From contig OX597820.1 of assembly GCA_951406725.2 (NCBI GenBank), positions 51,522,001 to 51,586,000 on the forward strand: a DNA stretch of 64,000 bases, written 5' to 3'. The notes under the pieces were generated by a model. The model saw only the letters and a program-made list of their open reading frames with translations, made no database searches and was not told the origin of the DNA. The stretch is from Octopus vulgaris (lineage: Eukaryota). Both the position numbers and the translations under genes were made by a program. How positions within the stretch are numbered: position 1 is the first letter of the stretch; every line of letters starts with the position of its first letter. Shown here in pieces: positions 12,650 through 27,250 of the stretch.

Positions 12650-14050
12650 CAAAAAAAGTGCGTTACTAATTAGGAAAATCTAACATTGCTAATAATCAAG
12701 ATAGAGAAAATAACAAAATCAATGAAATAGGATCAAGGAAAAAAAAAAAGCTATTATGAATAAAGAAAATATCTCTGTGAGATAATAACCAAACACATCC
12801 TGCTTTACAGAAAATATATTCTATTGAGTGAAACGCAGACATCATTACGCAAATAATCTAATTGGTTTCAACATCTATAGAACTACTGACAGAAACCTGT
12901 TTCTATTCAAATATGCACAATATCCTGCCTCGAAAGAAGCCAAACCACACTTTTAAGAAAATATTGATTGCAAAATCAATGGAAAATAAAATAACATAAA
13001 TGCTTACTCAGGGTAATCCCAGAAAGTGATGATATATAAAAAAATGAAAACAATATCAATAGAATAGAATATAATATATATAATAGGTGACAATATATTG
13101 GACATAAACCTGTATACATCCTACTTTAGACTGTTTCATGCAGCAAGGTTGGGGTATTTTAATTCATATCTGATATTTAATGAAATATTGTATACTTCTT
13201 AAGACACACACGAATCCACGAAACAAATCGAGAGCACAACACGAACCCACGATCCGACGAATCATATCGAGAACGAAGTAATCTTGTCGGAAACAGAACA
13301 ATCTGGCACTAACACTTCTAGATTCTTTAGTAAAGCACTAATATATATAGAAGATTACCATTAGTTCTATGACAACGTCAAGCATCGGTCTTTTTCAGCA
13401 GTTAGAGGAACAGAAACTACAAGTGTTGAAGTAAATCATTAACACTGCAAGCAAATATTTCGTATCCATTTTTTAAAGCTATATCCACAATATGACAACA
13501 AAAGAAATTTTTATTTGGAGATGTATTTAAAATACGCAGAATGTATTTGAGCCACTTCTTCAAGTTCATAGGAGTCGATGACTCATATGTAAAATGCTAG
13601 TAAATAAAGTATGATATGAAACAAGAATTTCAAGGAGTCAAAATTTTATTACAAACAAAATTGCTTGCTGAAATGTGAAGATTCCATCAAATACATTATC
13701 TTACGTATGTTAAGAGTAAAGCAGGGCGGAGATCCAACGGAACCACTCAGACAGTTCATTTCTTCGGAATTCTTAAACAAAAAGCTGGGAGTAAAAGCTA
13801 TAATGGGATGGATATCATTGAATTCGAGATGTCAGGTCTAACCTTTGACAAGAGGGTAAATCGCTCCACTGATGACGATAGATATGCCATAGGGGATAGT
13901 GAAGATAATTATTGAACGCTAATGTGTGTGATGTCCAATATACTTGACTTAGTGCAGAGGATCAAGTTAAAAGTATATGTGTTAATTGAATATTCCACTG
14001 TGATAACTGACCAGCACTCTACAGACAGTAATTCTGAACAAAACAAACTG
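12650..14050 (+). mobile_element. Highly degraded CR1/L2-like LINE ORF2 relic (APE endonuclease to RT)
   Basis: Remnant motifs in order: CFTE (~12800), GFNIYR.xDR (~12863), IIGD (~13080), K..G.D (~13562), KL.G...GWI (~13780), PxG.V (~13887). Confidence 0.4.
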
Positions 14051-14229
14051 GAATATTCGAGGTCGAAAATGAAACGTATGCAATGATTTTAACTGTAAGG
14101 CACAGTTGAGAGTGCACTCAAATAAGCATGGATACATATAAACATAGGAGCACACTGACTCCCATATATAAGTGTGTGTGTATGCGCATGGGTGTATGTG
14201 CACATGTGTGTGTATGTGAATGAGTGTGT

Positions 14230-14260
<31 letters not shown>

Positions 14261-15019
14261 CACGTCTATGAAATATCTGTCTATGAATATAACTCATAAG
14301 TCATTGGTCTTTGCGATGATGGCTAGCCTTTGGGGTAACAACCTGGTATTGACTCCAAACTTACATGTTTGCGAATAGAACTATTTACCTTTCAGCCATG
14401 TCAGCGTGTAATTTTTCTATTCTGCTCTTTCTCTGGTTATATATTGATATTCTTGTGACATCCGGTCTTCAATTTCTGTTTCTAACTCTCATTCACTCTT
14501 ACTATTACTGTTTATTTCTTCTTGAAAGTAACACAATTAGCACAATCTTAATGGGAAACTGCTGCTGACTAAGCTAATACCCATTCAAACCAAAAAGTTG
14601 TTACGTATGCTTGTTTCGATTAATATGGACTAAAAATCTGCATTGTGGATTCAAAATAAAAATACATTCAACAATTATAATCTTCCTTTTATGCTGCAAA
14701 TCCTGTTTTCTTCACAAATCAGTGAAAAGGGATTGGAAATATATTATATATTCATGTGGGTAACAAATAGGATTTGCTAGAATTAAATGGATTCCATCAT
14801 ATCAGACATAGGCAACGGATAGAAAGTTTCTAAATTCTATACTTTTGGTATTTATTGCTTCTTTTGAAAAGATTAATTTTAAAGCCTAGTTTTATAAAAT
14901 TGATTTAATAGCAAACATTTCCCACATTTTCCCTCATATTTATGAATAATAGTTTGGCGGTTTTGCAGTTTAGAGAAATAGTCTATAAATTTATCAATAT
15001 TCTTATCATCTATCGGGGA

Positions 15020-15545
15020 CTTCAGCATGCTGGGGCACAGGCTTGAAGAATTTTAGTCGAACTTATTGACACCAGGATATTTTGGTCTCTGTTCTTGTAA
15101 ATCCTGTTACTTATTCTAACGGTATGTTTTGTCGAACCGCTATTGTTACAGGGAATTTAAATATAGCGGTTCAAAAACACCAGTTGTCAGGCAGTAGTGG
15201 GGGAAAAACACATACACAGGGACATAGATGCATGAACACACACACACACACATACACACCTACATACACACACACACATATGTGATAAGCAGCATATATA
15301 TCCTTTTATGCGATGTTATTATTTTCATGTGCTAATATAAAACTAATAGTAGCACATAAAAAAACAGGATTGTGTTAATTGAATAAAATTTATCTCGCAC
15401 CACATGAAGTACGTAAGTACGTTTTCTTGATCTTACCATCCATCTCGGAGGCTTCTTTCGGCTTATGTATACAAACTCCACTCATAAGGCTTTCGACAGC
15501 CTGGGGCAGTAGTAGAAAAACCCTTGCCCAAGGCACCATATGGAA
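15020..15545 (-). mobile_element. SINE family B, degraded and interrupted copy
   Basis: catgctggggcac...tagtcgaacttattgacaccagg...gtcgaaccgct...gttgtcaggc...(CA)n...ggcttctttc...agtagaaaaacccttgcccaaggcacca, colinear with 45203-45613. Confidence 0.65.
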
Positions 15546-16518
15546 AAACTGAAGCAGCTACTTTGTAATGCTTCCGTTTCAATTTCTTCTAGAACAAAGT
15601 AGAGTCTTCAGAAAGTTATTACTTTCGAGATATTCTTTATGATTATCTGCTTATCTCGTTTCCGCAAACTGAATATATTGTAAGACTCTCAATATATACT
15701 TGTAACTATGGATGGCAATAAAGGAACTTCAGCAACACTATTTTTGCAAGAGAAACCTGTGAACTTCCGGAGCTGACATCAGGAATGATTAATTTAATTT
15801 ATTTCAAATTAGATTTTCTCTGTCACTTAACCAAATTTCTAAATCCTCTTTTCAAGCAATTGAAACCGGAAACATATATTGATAAACATATAAATATTTC
15901 CTTTCTTTTATCCTTATCCGTGATGAATTTCTCAAAGCATTTTTTTATTCGCTTCCTAAATATTATCTAGCTAAATATTATCTACACATGTATGTGGAAA
16001 TAAACGTATACTTACTCATTATAATATATATATATATACATGGTTGTGTGTGTATGTGAGTATATGTGTGTGCTTGTGTGTGTGCGCGCGTACCCGTGCG
16101 TAAGTATGTTTGTATGCATATACGACAGTCAAGAAATGGGTGTGACTTAACATTTCTGTCTCCCACGGAGTAACATACTGATTTCTGATTATTATAAAAT
16201 GCGACAAGAAATATGACAATCAGTGAGTAGTGTAATCTGAATAATCAAGTACATTAAATGAAAGTATGTTTGTTGTTCAAGCATATATATTTGTATTTAT
16301 ATATGCATATAAGCATAAACGTACACATAACCTTGCATACACAAACACACCACACATATCCCATACACACATAGATGTATGTATATAAATATATATACAT
16401 ACATATATATATATATGCATATGTATGTGTGTATATGTATAGTTATACTAGAGAGACAAAATATTATTTACATAAATGTAATGGTTCTTATTTTATATGT
16501 ATATATGTATATACATGA

Positions 16519-16672
<154 letters not shown>

Positions 16673-18019
16673 ATATATATACATATACTCACATACACTC
16701 ATGCTCAAGGGCACACACATTCACACATATAAATATATTCATACACTGTTATATGTATACATATATATGAGTGTAGGATTGTGTGTGTATACTTACCTTA
16801 GTTTAGCTGTGTGTTTGATTGCATTACATGTTTATTCGTGTATTTGTATAATTAGTGTAAAAAGTGTCGCAATAAAATCATTGTCAAAGCATTACACTAG
16901 AGTTAATAGCTTCAACAGGAAAAGTCATTTCCGCTCTTTGAAGAGTAGTAATTATTAGATTTTATCCACGTTGCAGACATCAAGACCATTACCGTGTATT
17001 ATACCTAGTTGTTGGCTAACAATGAGTATAAATTATGGGAGAGCAATGTTTTAGTTGGAGACAGAAAATAAGCTTTGTCTGAATTGCTCTTGTAATTCTT
17101 GTTGGTGAGTTTAATGTTGCTCCTATTATTTAGACCCAATAATTTCCTGATGGAAGAAAACTTACAAGGTGCTGCATGTTCGGTTTTTCTGTCGTTTATA
17201 TATTACATTGAAAATCTCCCCCTTTCTCTCTTCATGTGTGTACGTCCGTCCGTCCGTCTCTCTCAATCTTTCTCACTGTTTCTTTTCCTCTCACTCTTTC
17301 TCTCTCCCTTCTTTCTCTATCTCTCCCTCTCTGTCTACGTGTTAGTATATTTTCTACGTTGCGTTCAGTGCAACGTATTTGTGGACAACATATTGTGGGA
17401 CTTTTAGTTGTTACATCAAACAGGTTGAGCGACGAATTATAGTTTTCTTCGTATGCGTAATTATGAACAAAGAGAGATAAGAAGAGAGAAGGCGTGCGGG
17501 AGGGAGAGACAAATATTAGACAGAAGCAGAGAGAGGTAAAGGGAGAAAAGAGGGTGTAGTATAAGAAAGAGAGAACGGGAGAAAAGAGAGAGAAAGAATG
17601 TAACAGAGAATATGATGGAGAAGTAATACTTTTGAAGTAAATGTTAGAGGAGATATGTAGAAAAAATTCCTTTGTGCGGATGAGCATGTAAAGCAGAAAA
17701 GAGAAAATTTGCAAATGTGATAGCACAGAGAAAAGAGATTAAAGGTGCCAACAGAGTGAATAAAGGAGGTGAGGAAAGACAGGAATTGAGAAAAGATAAC
17801 TAATACGTAAGAAACCAAGATAATATGACTGTACGAAACACGGAGACAAATAGATCTTATATGGGGAGAGATTAAAGGGTATAAGTCTGGAATGCTAAAG
17901 TATGAGATGTAAGGAAGATTAAAGAAAGGAGGTAGAGGAAGTGAAGGAAAAGAACAGAAAATAGTGGAAGAGTTTGGGAAGAACGTAGAAGAGATGCTGA
18001 CACTAAATAGTGGCTTTAC

Positions 18020-18434
18020 ATTTTGGCACAACACCAGCAGTTTCGGAGGAGGATGCTAGGCAATTACATGGACCCCAGCGTTCACGGATACTTGTATTAT
18101 CAACCCTCAAAGGTTGAAAATCAAAGTCGGCCACCGTTGGATTTGAACTCAGAGACTGAAGGCGGACGAAATGCTGCGAAGCGTGCTAATAAATTTGCCG
18201 ACTCAGCGCCTTGCTGACACTGAGTATTGTTTTCTTCTCTAGGCACAAGGCCCGAAATTATGGAGGAGGGGGTGCAGTGGATTAGATCAAAGCAGTATGC
18301 AACTGGTACTTAATTTATCAACTCCTTAAGGCAAAGTCTACCACAGTGGAATTCGAACTCAGAACGTAAAGACAGACGAAATACTGCTAAGCATTTCGCC
18401 CGGCATGCTAACGTTTCTGCCAGCTCGCCGCCTT
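18020..18434 (-). mobile_element. Two tandem SINE family A copies (18020-18213, 18236-18434)
   Basis: Both contain tt.gaactcaga...gacgaaat.ctgc.aagc...gctaa...gcc...ctc.gcgcctt; similar flanks gctgacac/ttgagtattg follow each copy. Confidence 0.85.
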
Positions 18435-19863
18435 ATTGCTGACATTGAATATTGAATATAAATAAAATGGAGAGAAACAGACAGAGGCCGAGTCTTAGGT
18501 GATATAGGGATTTAGAAATGGAGATATTGCTAATAAGTATGTGTGCATGTGCGCATGAATATTCATGTGTGCGTATGAATTTACACAGATAGTCTCACAC
18601 ACACACACACACACATGCACATGCGCTCGCATACTCACACATATATAATCCTGCACATACAAAGATATACATACGCACACATATATGTAAGGCAATATTG
18701 AAATATATGATAAAGAATAAAGCGAAGAGAAAGAGAGTTAAGAAATTATAAATCAAATATAATTTCTAAAATTTGCTGAATATTATAGAGAGGGTGATTA
18801 AGCATACACGTCTCAAAAAAAAATAAAAGTAACTAACTCTTTTGAGTGATATAACATCATAAATCCCAAACATGTGATTTGTCTCGGCACAGATAGGTTA
18901 ATAGATTTTGTGTAACAATTTAATGTCATTTACATTTCTTTCGAAGAAAACTCTATGGCGAGTATCATATATATTTACGTTGCTTTTTGTTAATTTTTCG
19001 GTAGATTCCAATGGTCAGAGAAAGAAGTATTTAAAGTGTGAATACATGCAAAGCCATTGCAGTGGATTAAACGCTCTCCGGCAAAGAGAAATCAACACTA
19101 TCTAAATATTGTAGTATTAACTTATATTTCATATTTAAATGAATGACTTTATAAATTTTATATTTACACTAAAATTACCGACAGAATTCAAAAACGCTAA
19201 TTCTACGAAGAATTTGGGAGGGGATTTGTAATCGTTCATAAAGAAAATGTTGTTGAAGTGATAACGTCAAAATTCCAGCGTTTTACGAACTCCAGAATTT
19301 ATCGTTGCTAGTTAGTTCTGAAAGATCTATCATCATATAACTCACTTAGCAGCAGCTTGGAATCTAATCCTCCGCAGTAGCATACTACGTTATCAAACAA
19401 ACTGCAAAATCTACAAGATTCAAAATACTTCAGCATAGTTTATAATCTTCGATTCCTGATGGACCATTGTTGCAACTATTTAAAGCCATATGCAAATTCC
19501 TAGTTCACTAAATGCTCACAGTGCGCAGATACTAAAACAATTTACATGCATATATGCATAAATACACACACACACACACACGGATATATATATATGTATT
19601 AAGAATACACAATTTAATGCTTATTCTCTACAATGTGTGTACAGGTACACGTGTATATATATATATATTACCTCCCCTTATCTGGAACTCTTCTCAACGT
19701 AAACATAACAATGTAAGAAATTTGAAAAGCTGAACGCGAAACCGGTCATTTCTTCAAAAACTGTAATTGTAGGAAAAAAAATTATAACATTCTTCAGACA
19801 TATTGAATCAAATATATATTTTTTAAAACAAGCCTTCTGTAGTTTTTTCACTTTTTACTATTT

Positions 19864-20476
19864 TACGCGCATTGATCAATAAGTATCCGGATTAATGTCA
19901 TAGTAACCAAGTTAAAATACACAGAGTAAACCCGCTTGTCACAGATTGACCTTCGACTCTGCTGTGGATGCGCACTAAGTTTTAACGTTCTAGCCCACTT
20001 CCACTATTTACAGCAGTGCTTGGAATTAATGGGTGTAGAGTGCGTTCATCGCATTGAACGTTACTGAGAAAGTTAAGGAGAAAAGGTGCAACAAAATTTG
20101 CTAAATGGTTTGCGAAACCTTCTCAGAGGCCTCCCCAAAGTTTCTCACAACGTTTTCATTGATCTCGACACAGTCAAAGAGATTTTGTGCAACTGAAATA
20201 TGAATGTCTTTTTGGCCAGCTGAAAGCAGTTTTGGCGCAAACTCGGCAGACTCAGGTCTCAAACCCAAATGTTCTGTAATAAGGGGCTGAACTGAGCCGC
20301 AACAAAACTGCATCCTCTAATAATTCACGGATGGTGATTCGACGATTTGCCCTCACAGCTGAACGCACATCTGCGAGGCTTTTCTTAATTCTGCTGGTTG
20401 CAGGCTTTCCAGAACGTTCGTCACTGTCGACATCATTTCGGCCATCTTGGCAACGTATGAACCACTCGTACACTTG
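19864..20476 (-). mobile_element. Non-autonomous long-TIR mariner derivative, truncated copy
   Basis: Minus-strand transposase N-terminus (QVYEWF..QDGRNDVDSDERSGKP...NRRITIREL; LGLR..SAEFAPKLLS..QK) joined at ~20140 to an inverted 5' end of the element (19864-20140); same structure as 55273-56104. Confidence 0.85.
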
Positions 20477-21206
20477 TACGTGTATGCACGGATATGCATG
20501 TACACGTGGATGCATATATGTGTTTGGGCATATACATGTGTCTCTGTGTATATATGTGTGAGTACGAATGCATATGTGTATACGTGTATATATATACGTG
20601 CCTACATGCATATATTTAAATTTTCATAACTTTATTCATAGTTTATAAACGAATATTCCATTCCCATTTATATTTAACACTCCTCCATTTCCTCTATTTA
20701 ATTTATTCATATATTGTCCTAATTCTATTTATCTACTTTTTTTATCCCTAATCAAGCGGCAAATCCCTCTCCTGAGCATATAACAATACCAACCGTAACA
20801 TTCAGTCTGCTATCAGGAATCTATAAAAACACTTATACACCGTTCAAGGATACATCGCTTTTCTCTGAATAAGCCATATAGATATAAATTTGATATTTAC
20901 ATAGTATTAATTAAAACAGCTCTAAGTAAAGATGATTAATTTGTTGTTAATAATAAATGAATATGAACTATGTTTTTATAGTTACACCCATTATATTTCT
21001 CGCCCCTCCTTATTTATTCTGTCCCTCTGCCTCCAACACTCTCTCTTCTCTTCCCACGTGACCGGTGTTCGGCCAAGCCTGACAGTTCGTTTTTCGTTCG
21101 GCCGTTGTCCGTGCCACATCTATATTCTTCCCAGTTCTTGTGAAATTTTGTATCCTTGCCCAAAAGGCTTAACTTCCACACACGCCAGCTTAATGTAATT
21201 CGTCCT

Positions 21207-21535
21207 TAGTCGAAAGAAACCTCTTGTTATGTCATGTTATTTGCATTTGCGTAACTTTCTCTGTTTCTTCCTTCCCTGTTTTCGTGAACATTCGCTATTT
21301 TCTTCCAGGAAATCTAATGCTCTTAGATTAGTTTTTCCTTGAAGCTGGCCAGATTGGAGCAATCTCGAGTATAACCAGCTGAAGGTGCAAAAAAAATCTA
21401 GACCTCGATTGAGGAAAGAAAACTCCGAACGACTCGAATGACCCGAACACTCCGAATGAACCTATCTGGTTGATTTGTTGCCCGTTTCTTGTATCACCTA
21501 ATGTGTGGATGTTTTACTTTCTTTTCCCATTTTGT
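21207..21535 (+). repeat. Interspersed repeat, homologous to 11732-12048
   Basis: See the 11732 entry. Confidence 0.8.
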
Positions 21536-22322
21536 ATTATATATATATATATATATACACACATGATTATACTGAGACATGAATGTTAACCTTATTTGTA
21601 GAATATTATTATGGAGCTCTATTGTGAATAATGGTATTCCAGTTTTTAAAATCCTCAAAGATTCAACAAGGGCAACTAGGTGTACGTGAAATTTCATCAG
21701 GAAATGCTGTCCGTAAAAGAGTAAACATGTGAAGAAAGATACATGACTCTCTTATTCTAATTCTAGAAGTTCTTATTCTAGTATTATAATTACATATTTT
21801 CGCTGTTCTGATTCAATATAAAGAAACTCCTTTAAAAAAGTTGCTCTTTCCCCTTCGTATGATTATTAAAGTTAAATATAATTTTATATCACAAGAAAAT
21901 TTTGATCAGGATAAGCAGTTTTGGACTGGAAAAACCAATGCGTATGCAGATAGAGATATTGCCGCATATGTTACATACAAGAATAAATGACACAAACCTA
22001 AACTGCCGTGAAAGTGATAATTCTCACTTCAAAATCTTCAGCTATCAATATTATAGTAAATAGCATGATATAAATCCGGAGTATTTGAAGTACATTACAT
22101 AATCTTACCTAGAGGTAGACAATACAGTTTTAACCGAATCATTAAAAGATTAGAAGCATGTCAAAATTTCACCTCTACATAGTTACCAGGCGATGTGACA
22201 TGCAAATCATAAAATTTTATGATTTGAAAGCAAGAGGGTTAAAGGAAACTTATTATCGATGTTTATTAAATTTCCAGGAAATACGTCTGTCTTCTATGTA
22301 GATTTCAGTCTTTGTAGAGAAG

Positions 22323-22324
<2 letters not shown>

Positions 22325-22380
<56 letters not shown>

Positions 22381-22470
22381 TTGATGATAATAATGATAAC
22401 AACAACAATAACAATATTGATGAGAATCACGATGATGAAGAAGACGAGGATGATGATTATTATTATGATG
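22325..22470. repeat. (TAA)n plus degenerate trinucleotide repeats
   Basis: Direct reading. Confidence 0.95.
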
Positions 22471-24504
22471 GTGAGAAGAAAATAACATGAAAACAGAGAC
22501 AGTAATATTTATATATGTATGAGTGAATATACTGTGTTACACTTGCACAGATGCATATATTTATACGCATTAACGCATATACATACACCTATAGATGCAT
22601 ATAATTTATATATGTGTGTGTATATAACTTACAAAAGCGGATACAAATTGAGGAAGAGCTATATCTGAACACATATGTGGCATGGAAGAAACATAATTTC
22701 ATTTTTTCCAAATAAAAGACGAATTTTCCGATATTATTTTATTTGGCATTATAGTTTTGTGTTTTTCGTTATATATATAATTTTAATTTCGTGTATTCAG
22801 ATTTTATTCTATAATACAGGACATTCTCACAGGAAGACATGTGCTGTCCTGTTCTACAATATATTCCATTATTCATTCATTCGCTTCTAGTAACATCTAT
22901 GAACCACTTTGAACGAATAGAGATAAAACCGTTAAATTAGTAACAAAAAAAAAAAGAAAAATTACAAAAGTATCTCAAGAACAACAATGGCACCAACAAT
23001 CATAAAAAAATATTTAAGAAAATATAACGAAAGGAAAAAAAATTATTCGATTCTTTAGCGAAATAACGTTTAAAGCTAACTAGAAACATATAACTATATA
23101 AATTGGTATAAAATGGTAAAGAAATTATACAAAAGAGTGAAATCCTTGAAATACAAGAATGCCTATAGCGACATGATAATAAAGACTGGAATACGGAGAT
23201 CTGAATTACGACTGAGATTTTAGGAAAAAAGGTAGACAATGTAAATCCAGTACTAATTTCTTCTACCAGTATTGGTCAAAAACTAAGTATTATATAACTG
23301 TTCGCCAACTATTAAAAAGAATAAAACAAAATTATTCATCTCACTTTTGTATAGCAATAATATTTTCCGACAATACTTGAAAGCCAGAAATTCTGGAAGT
23401 AGTTTGTGAATTACATCTAGCCCACTGCTTGATTGGTACATCATTTTCTCGTCGTCAGATGCATGAAAGGCAGGGATGAACTAGAACATTAAAGGTTCCC
23501 AGCTAAATTAGACAATGCAATTTGTGCAATTGTCAAAAGAGTGGGCCACTCCACATTCTTCGGCATTGAGCCATCTTTCATAATCATAAATAACCCATTT
23601 TATATGAAAATTAAGAACGATTACATTCAAAATATAAGATGCTATTTTCTCTTTACAAATAATTTCAAATAGGATTTCTTATGAGTGAACAATGTTAGAC
23701 ACTTTAAGAAAAAGAAATAAGATTTTTATCATGACTAAATTGCTTCCTAAAACATATGCTGGGACAACGCACCTGGCTCATGTAAGCTTTTGCTTGCAAA
23801 ATATGCCTTTATATGACTTATATGAGGGGGTACAATATGCACCTTGCTACCGGTGGAAATTCTGCCTAGCGTTTTAACATAGAATGAAGACTTAACATAG
23901 AAAGACGAGGATTGGTAAAAGCGTGTGAGTCCGGATATAAAAACTATAATGACAGAATGCTGTGATGTGATGTAGTTTCGCCCAATAGCTATTCCTCCTT
24001 CCTACTCAGCTGTATATAACAATGTATTTTAACATTATGGTTATCTAACGCTTTAAATCATAACTATACGGCATAAACGAAGGAAAAAAATGGTTTAACA
24101 CAATCTTAAAATTAAGTGACAAAAAAGCAACATAAAGATACAAGTAACTGATGTTTAACAAAATCAAAAACCAAGGATTCGGAATATGTCGTATCTAATA
24201 ATTTTGAAGAAAATTAATATTTACAATGATGACGAATGTTTAAACAATTAAACAAGTGTAAATTAGTAAGGTTACTGACCACTGTGGCAGATGAGAAACA
24301 ACACGGAAACACCCGAACTCGAACCTGGAAGCATGGGGAAAATTTATTAAAGTTTGTAGCGTGCGTTATTTCTACATCTGTTTAATTATTGTAAAATATC
24401 TCGCCCTGTTTTAAAATGTTAGTGTTGTTCTGAAAGTGAATTCAGCGTTTGACACGGTAAACTATCCTTCACATTTGACATCAAATCCCAGTAACACATC
24501 AACG

Positions 24505-25760
24505 TGTGTGCTTCATAGGATAAGATTAATCTTCAGCTCTATCTATGATCTTCGGCCTCCGAACAAGAACCTAGTGAAATGTGGCAAATCAGATAATACT
24601 GATTACCCAATCTACCGACGTACGCCGTCAATGGAACACGTTCTGGGTTTTTGCAATGTAGCACTAGCACAAAGTAGATCCATGTTCAGGTGCAATCAAG
24701 TGCTCAAAGAGATCGTACATGTGATAAGTATGGGAAGAGTAAAATCAATAATACGATAATCTGCAGCAATATTTTACACAGGAAGAGGTAGCAAATCATG
24801 GCCAGGAATAGCCATACGGAGCACGTGAAGCGAGTTTTAGAGAGCGCAATTGGTGTTAGGGCATTCCAAGATCGTTCCGATTTCTCTATATATGTAGCTT
24901 CACACTAATTTATTGCGATTGGATAAAATATCCACCACATGACTATTGATCCAGCTGTTGAGCCCTGTGATGCGCGGGAATTAGACTGAAAATCGAATCA
25001 TGTTTCGCGTAATATATTTAACCAACAATTTCTGCATGTGTTTTGGAGCTCGTCTTATTTCCATAAATTGGTCGAACAAAACATTTCACAGGTATGGAGG
25101 TGAGAGTTGTCATTGAGGCGAGTTTTAGGAACCACGTCCTGAAAAGTATCGACACACAACGTAGTCATATAACCAATGGTGAGCTAAACTTAATTATCAG
25201 GATGATGGCGAAACAACAACCCTATAACACTTGTTAATATTTCCATCGTGTCTGAACTGTTGCGCAAATTTTACGAAAGAATAAATCTCAATGTTTTCTA
25301 TTTAAGATTGTCGTTCTTATTCATTCACACTTATTCATTTCCCTTCGTACAAACTGGTGGTCACAGGCCTGTAAAACAGTCTTCTTGGCGGTGAAGGTGA
25401 CTAGGAGTGCTTCGCAGACCTCCCGGAATCAGCGAGAGGACAAGAAATCATAAGAAAGAGTGGTTTGATAATGGATGTCATTCTCAATTCCAGTTATTTG
25501 AAGCAACTGGTTTTGACTGAACTCACCGTGTCGTTTGAATCGAAGCAACATATGCCCACAAGATTGGAACAAAAGTCACTCGGGCCAGTCCCTGGGAACA
25601 GAGTAAGGGAGGCCAACTGCCAGGTCAAGATTCTTGCCATAGAGCTTGGGGCCTACATACAGTCTCTAGGAAGAACGGGGCCAACTCTCTAAATCCCAAA
25701 GCAGTGACAGCAAAGATATGTTCCTTCTAAATCTGGTCGAGGCGGAACAAATGCGATCTC
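24505..25760 (+). mobile_element. HERO-like RLE non-LTR retrotransposon 3' relic, interrupted at ~24830-25365
   Basis: SIYDL.P.NKNLVK.GK...SMEHVLGFCNVALAQSR...R.NQVLKE (IAP/decayed zinc knuckle/RHN), then after the gap DW..FADL...SG..MDVIL.S...KQLVLTELTVSFE and AIELGA..., .IWSRRN (restriction-like endonuclease). Confidence 0.75.
24830..25349 (-). mobile_element. Tc1/mariner-like relic inserted in the HERO-like element
   Basis: Minus strand begins TAcgaaggg (TIR-like) at 25349 and contains a GS.VMWW.F-like Tc1 motif near 24930-24960. Confidence 0.4.
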
Positions 25761-26229
25761 CATACCTTTTGAAGGCAATATTTTTCTATTTTAACCACGA
25801 GTTAGTCATTGGGGTAGTTTTGACGTTTCATCGCTATCATGATGATCAATATTAATTTTTATCTATATATAAGTTGATATCTGAGAAGACGTAGGGGTGT
25901 TGGAACCTAATGAAAATTCAAAGCAGTTTAAATGTGCATGTCTCCGATACCCAAGTGACGAAAATGTGTCTGCAGAAGGGATGGTTGCCTTAGAGTGTAA
26001 TAAGTCAGGGGCCGAAATACATGCCTCAGGAGTGTGTTTTCTCTGAAGACCTGATTTTCATTTGACAACAGACTTTCATACTACTGCAGTCTGCCGAGTC
26101 ATTGTATAAAACTGTTTTACGAGACTCGACTCTTCTCATTATGGATCGTAATCTACTGCCAAAGTTATGAACAGTATGCCATTATAACAGATAATAGGCT
26201 GTGGTATTCAAACCGAAAGAGATTCGAAT

Positions 26230-27250
26230 AAGAAGGGCTTAACGTATATAGGTACTATTGCGCCAATATTAAGATATACGACGAATATGGGAATTGATGA
26301 AACTCAAGTCTGGTTGTGCCTTTAATACATTTTAAATGCAAAGCTATCTTTTGTTTAGATACACAAGGACTGCCATACACATTTTGGCAACAATAAACAA
26401 TGATAATGGAACTGATACCTACAAGCACTTACGGATTTAAGAGTCATTTGATATTAAGGTTTAAATTTATATTACACAAAAGGAAGATGGGATCAATATT
26501 GGGAGTAATATGATAGTGAATTTCTAAAAGGTAATCGCTGCAGTTTCCAATGTTAATACCTAACCAAGTATTTATACATGTTATATATGCATACGTCTTT
26601 ATGTGGGTATTCAAGTGACTAAGTATCCATTTCCTGAGAGATGTATATGAATGAAGCTCATGGAGAGGTAGAAAAGGAAAGGTTGTGTACTTGGAAAGCG
26701 ATTTCAGATAAATGGTTAGGGTGTTAAATGTGTTTCCCAACAAACTGAAGGCAGAGACAATTGAACGCGGTCAGACTGAATATGACAAAAATATCTGTGT
26801 AAAGTTTCAAGACGAAACCGGCGGTTCTAGTGGTTTGATGGAATAATCATTTCTTAAAATGCAAAACTGTGTTGCTCTGTAAATTGCTACCAAGAACTGT
26901 GTTGCAGCTGATTCTATATTACGTAGCAATTACAAGGTTAGAGAAGAAACAAATGTTTTTTTTTACTTCTGACTAGTGGTGCAAAGCTATGCCTCAAATT
27001 AATACTCGACTTTATTATAGGGCAGAAGAAGCACAGGTAATGCCGTTACACATGCAGATCATGAGGTTCTGAATATAGCAGATACTTGCAGAAATTGCGG
27101 CCTACGATGCCAGTGTTCCGAAATTTAGGGAAGGGTAGGGAAGATGATTTTTTTAAAAACAGGTCTGTATGCATGGGCAAATTGTGAGAAAGTAGTATAA
27201 TTGTAAGGTTGGACGTGAATAGAGACTTGTGTGTGAAGCATTTGTGAATC
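26230..27250 (+). mobile_element. Degraded CR1-like LINE 3' relic
   Basis: Y..IAPILRY (~26245), Y..RLE (~26930), REDDFF.NRSV..W.KL (~27137-27190; cf. FFSxRVVxxWNxLP). Confidence 0.35.
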
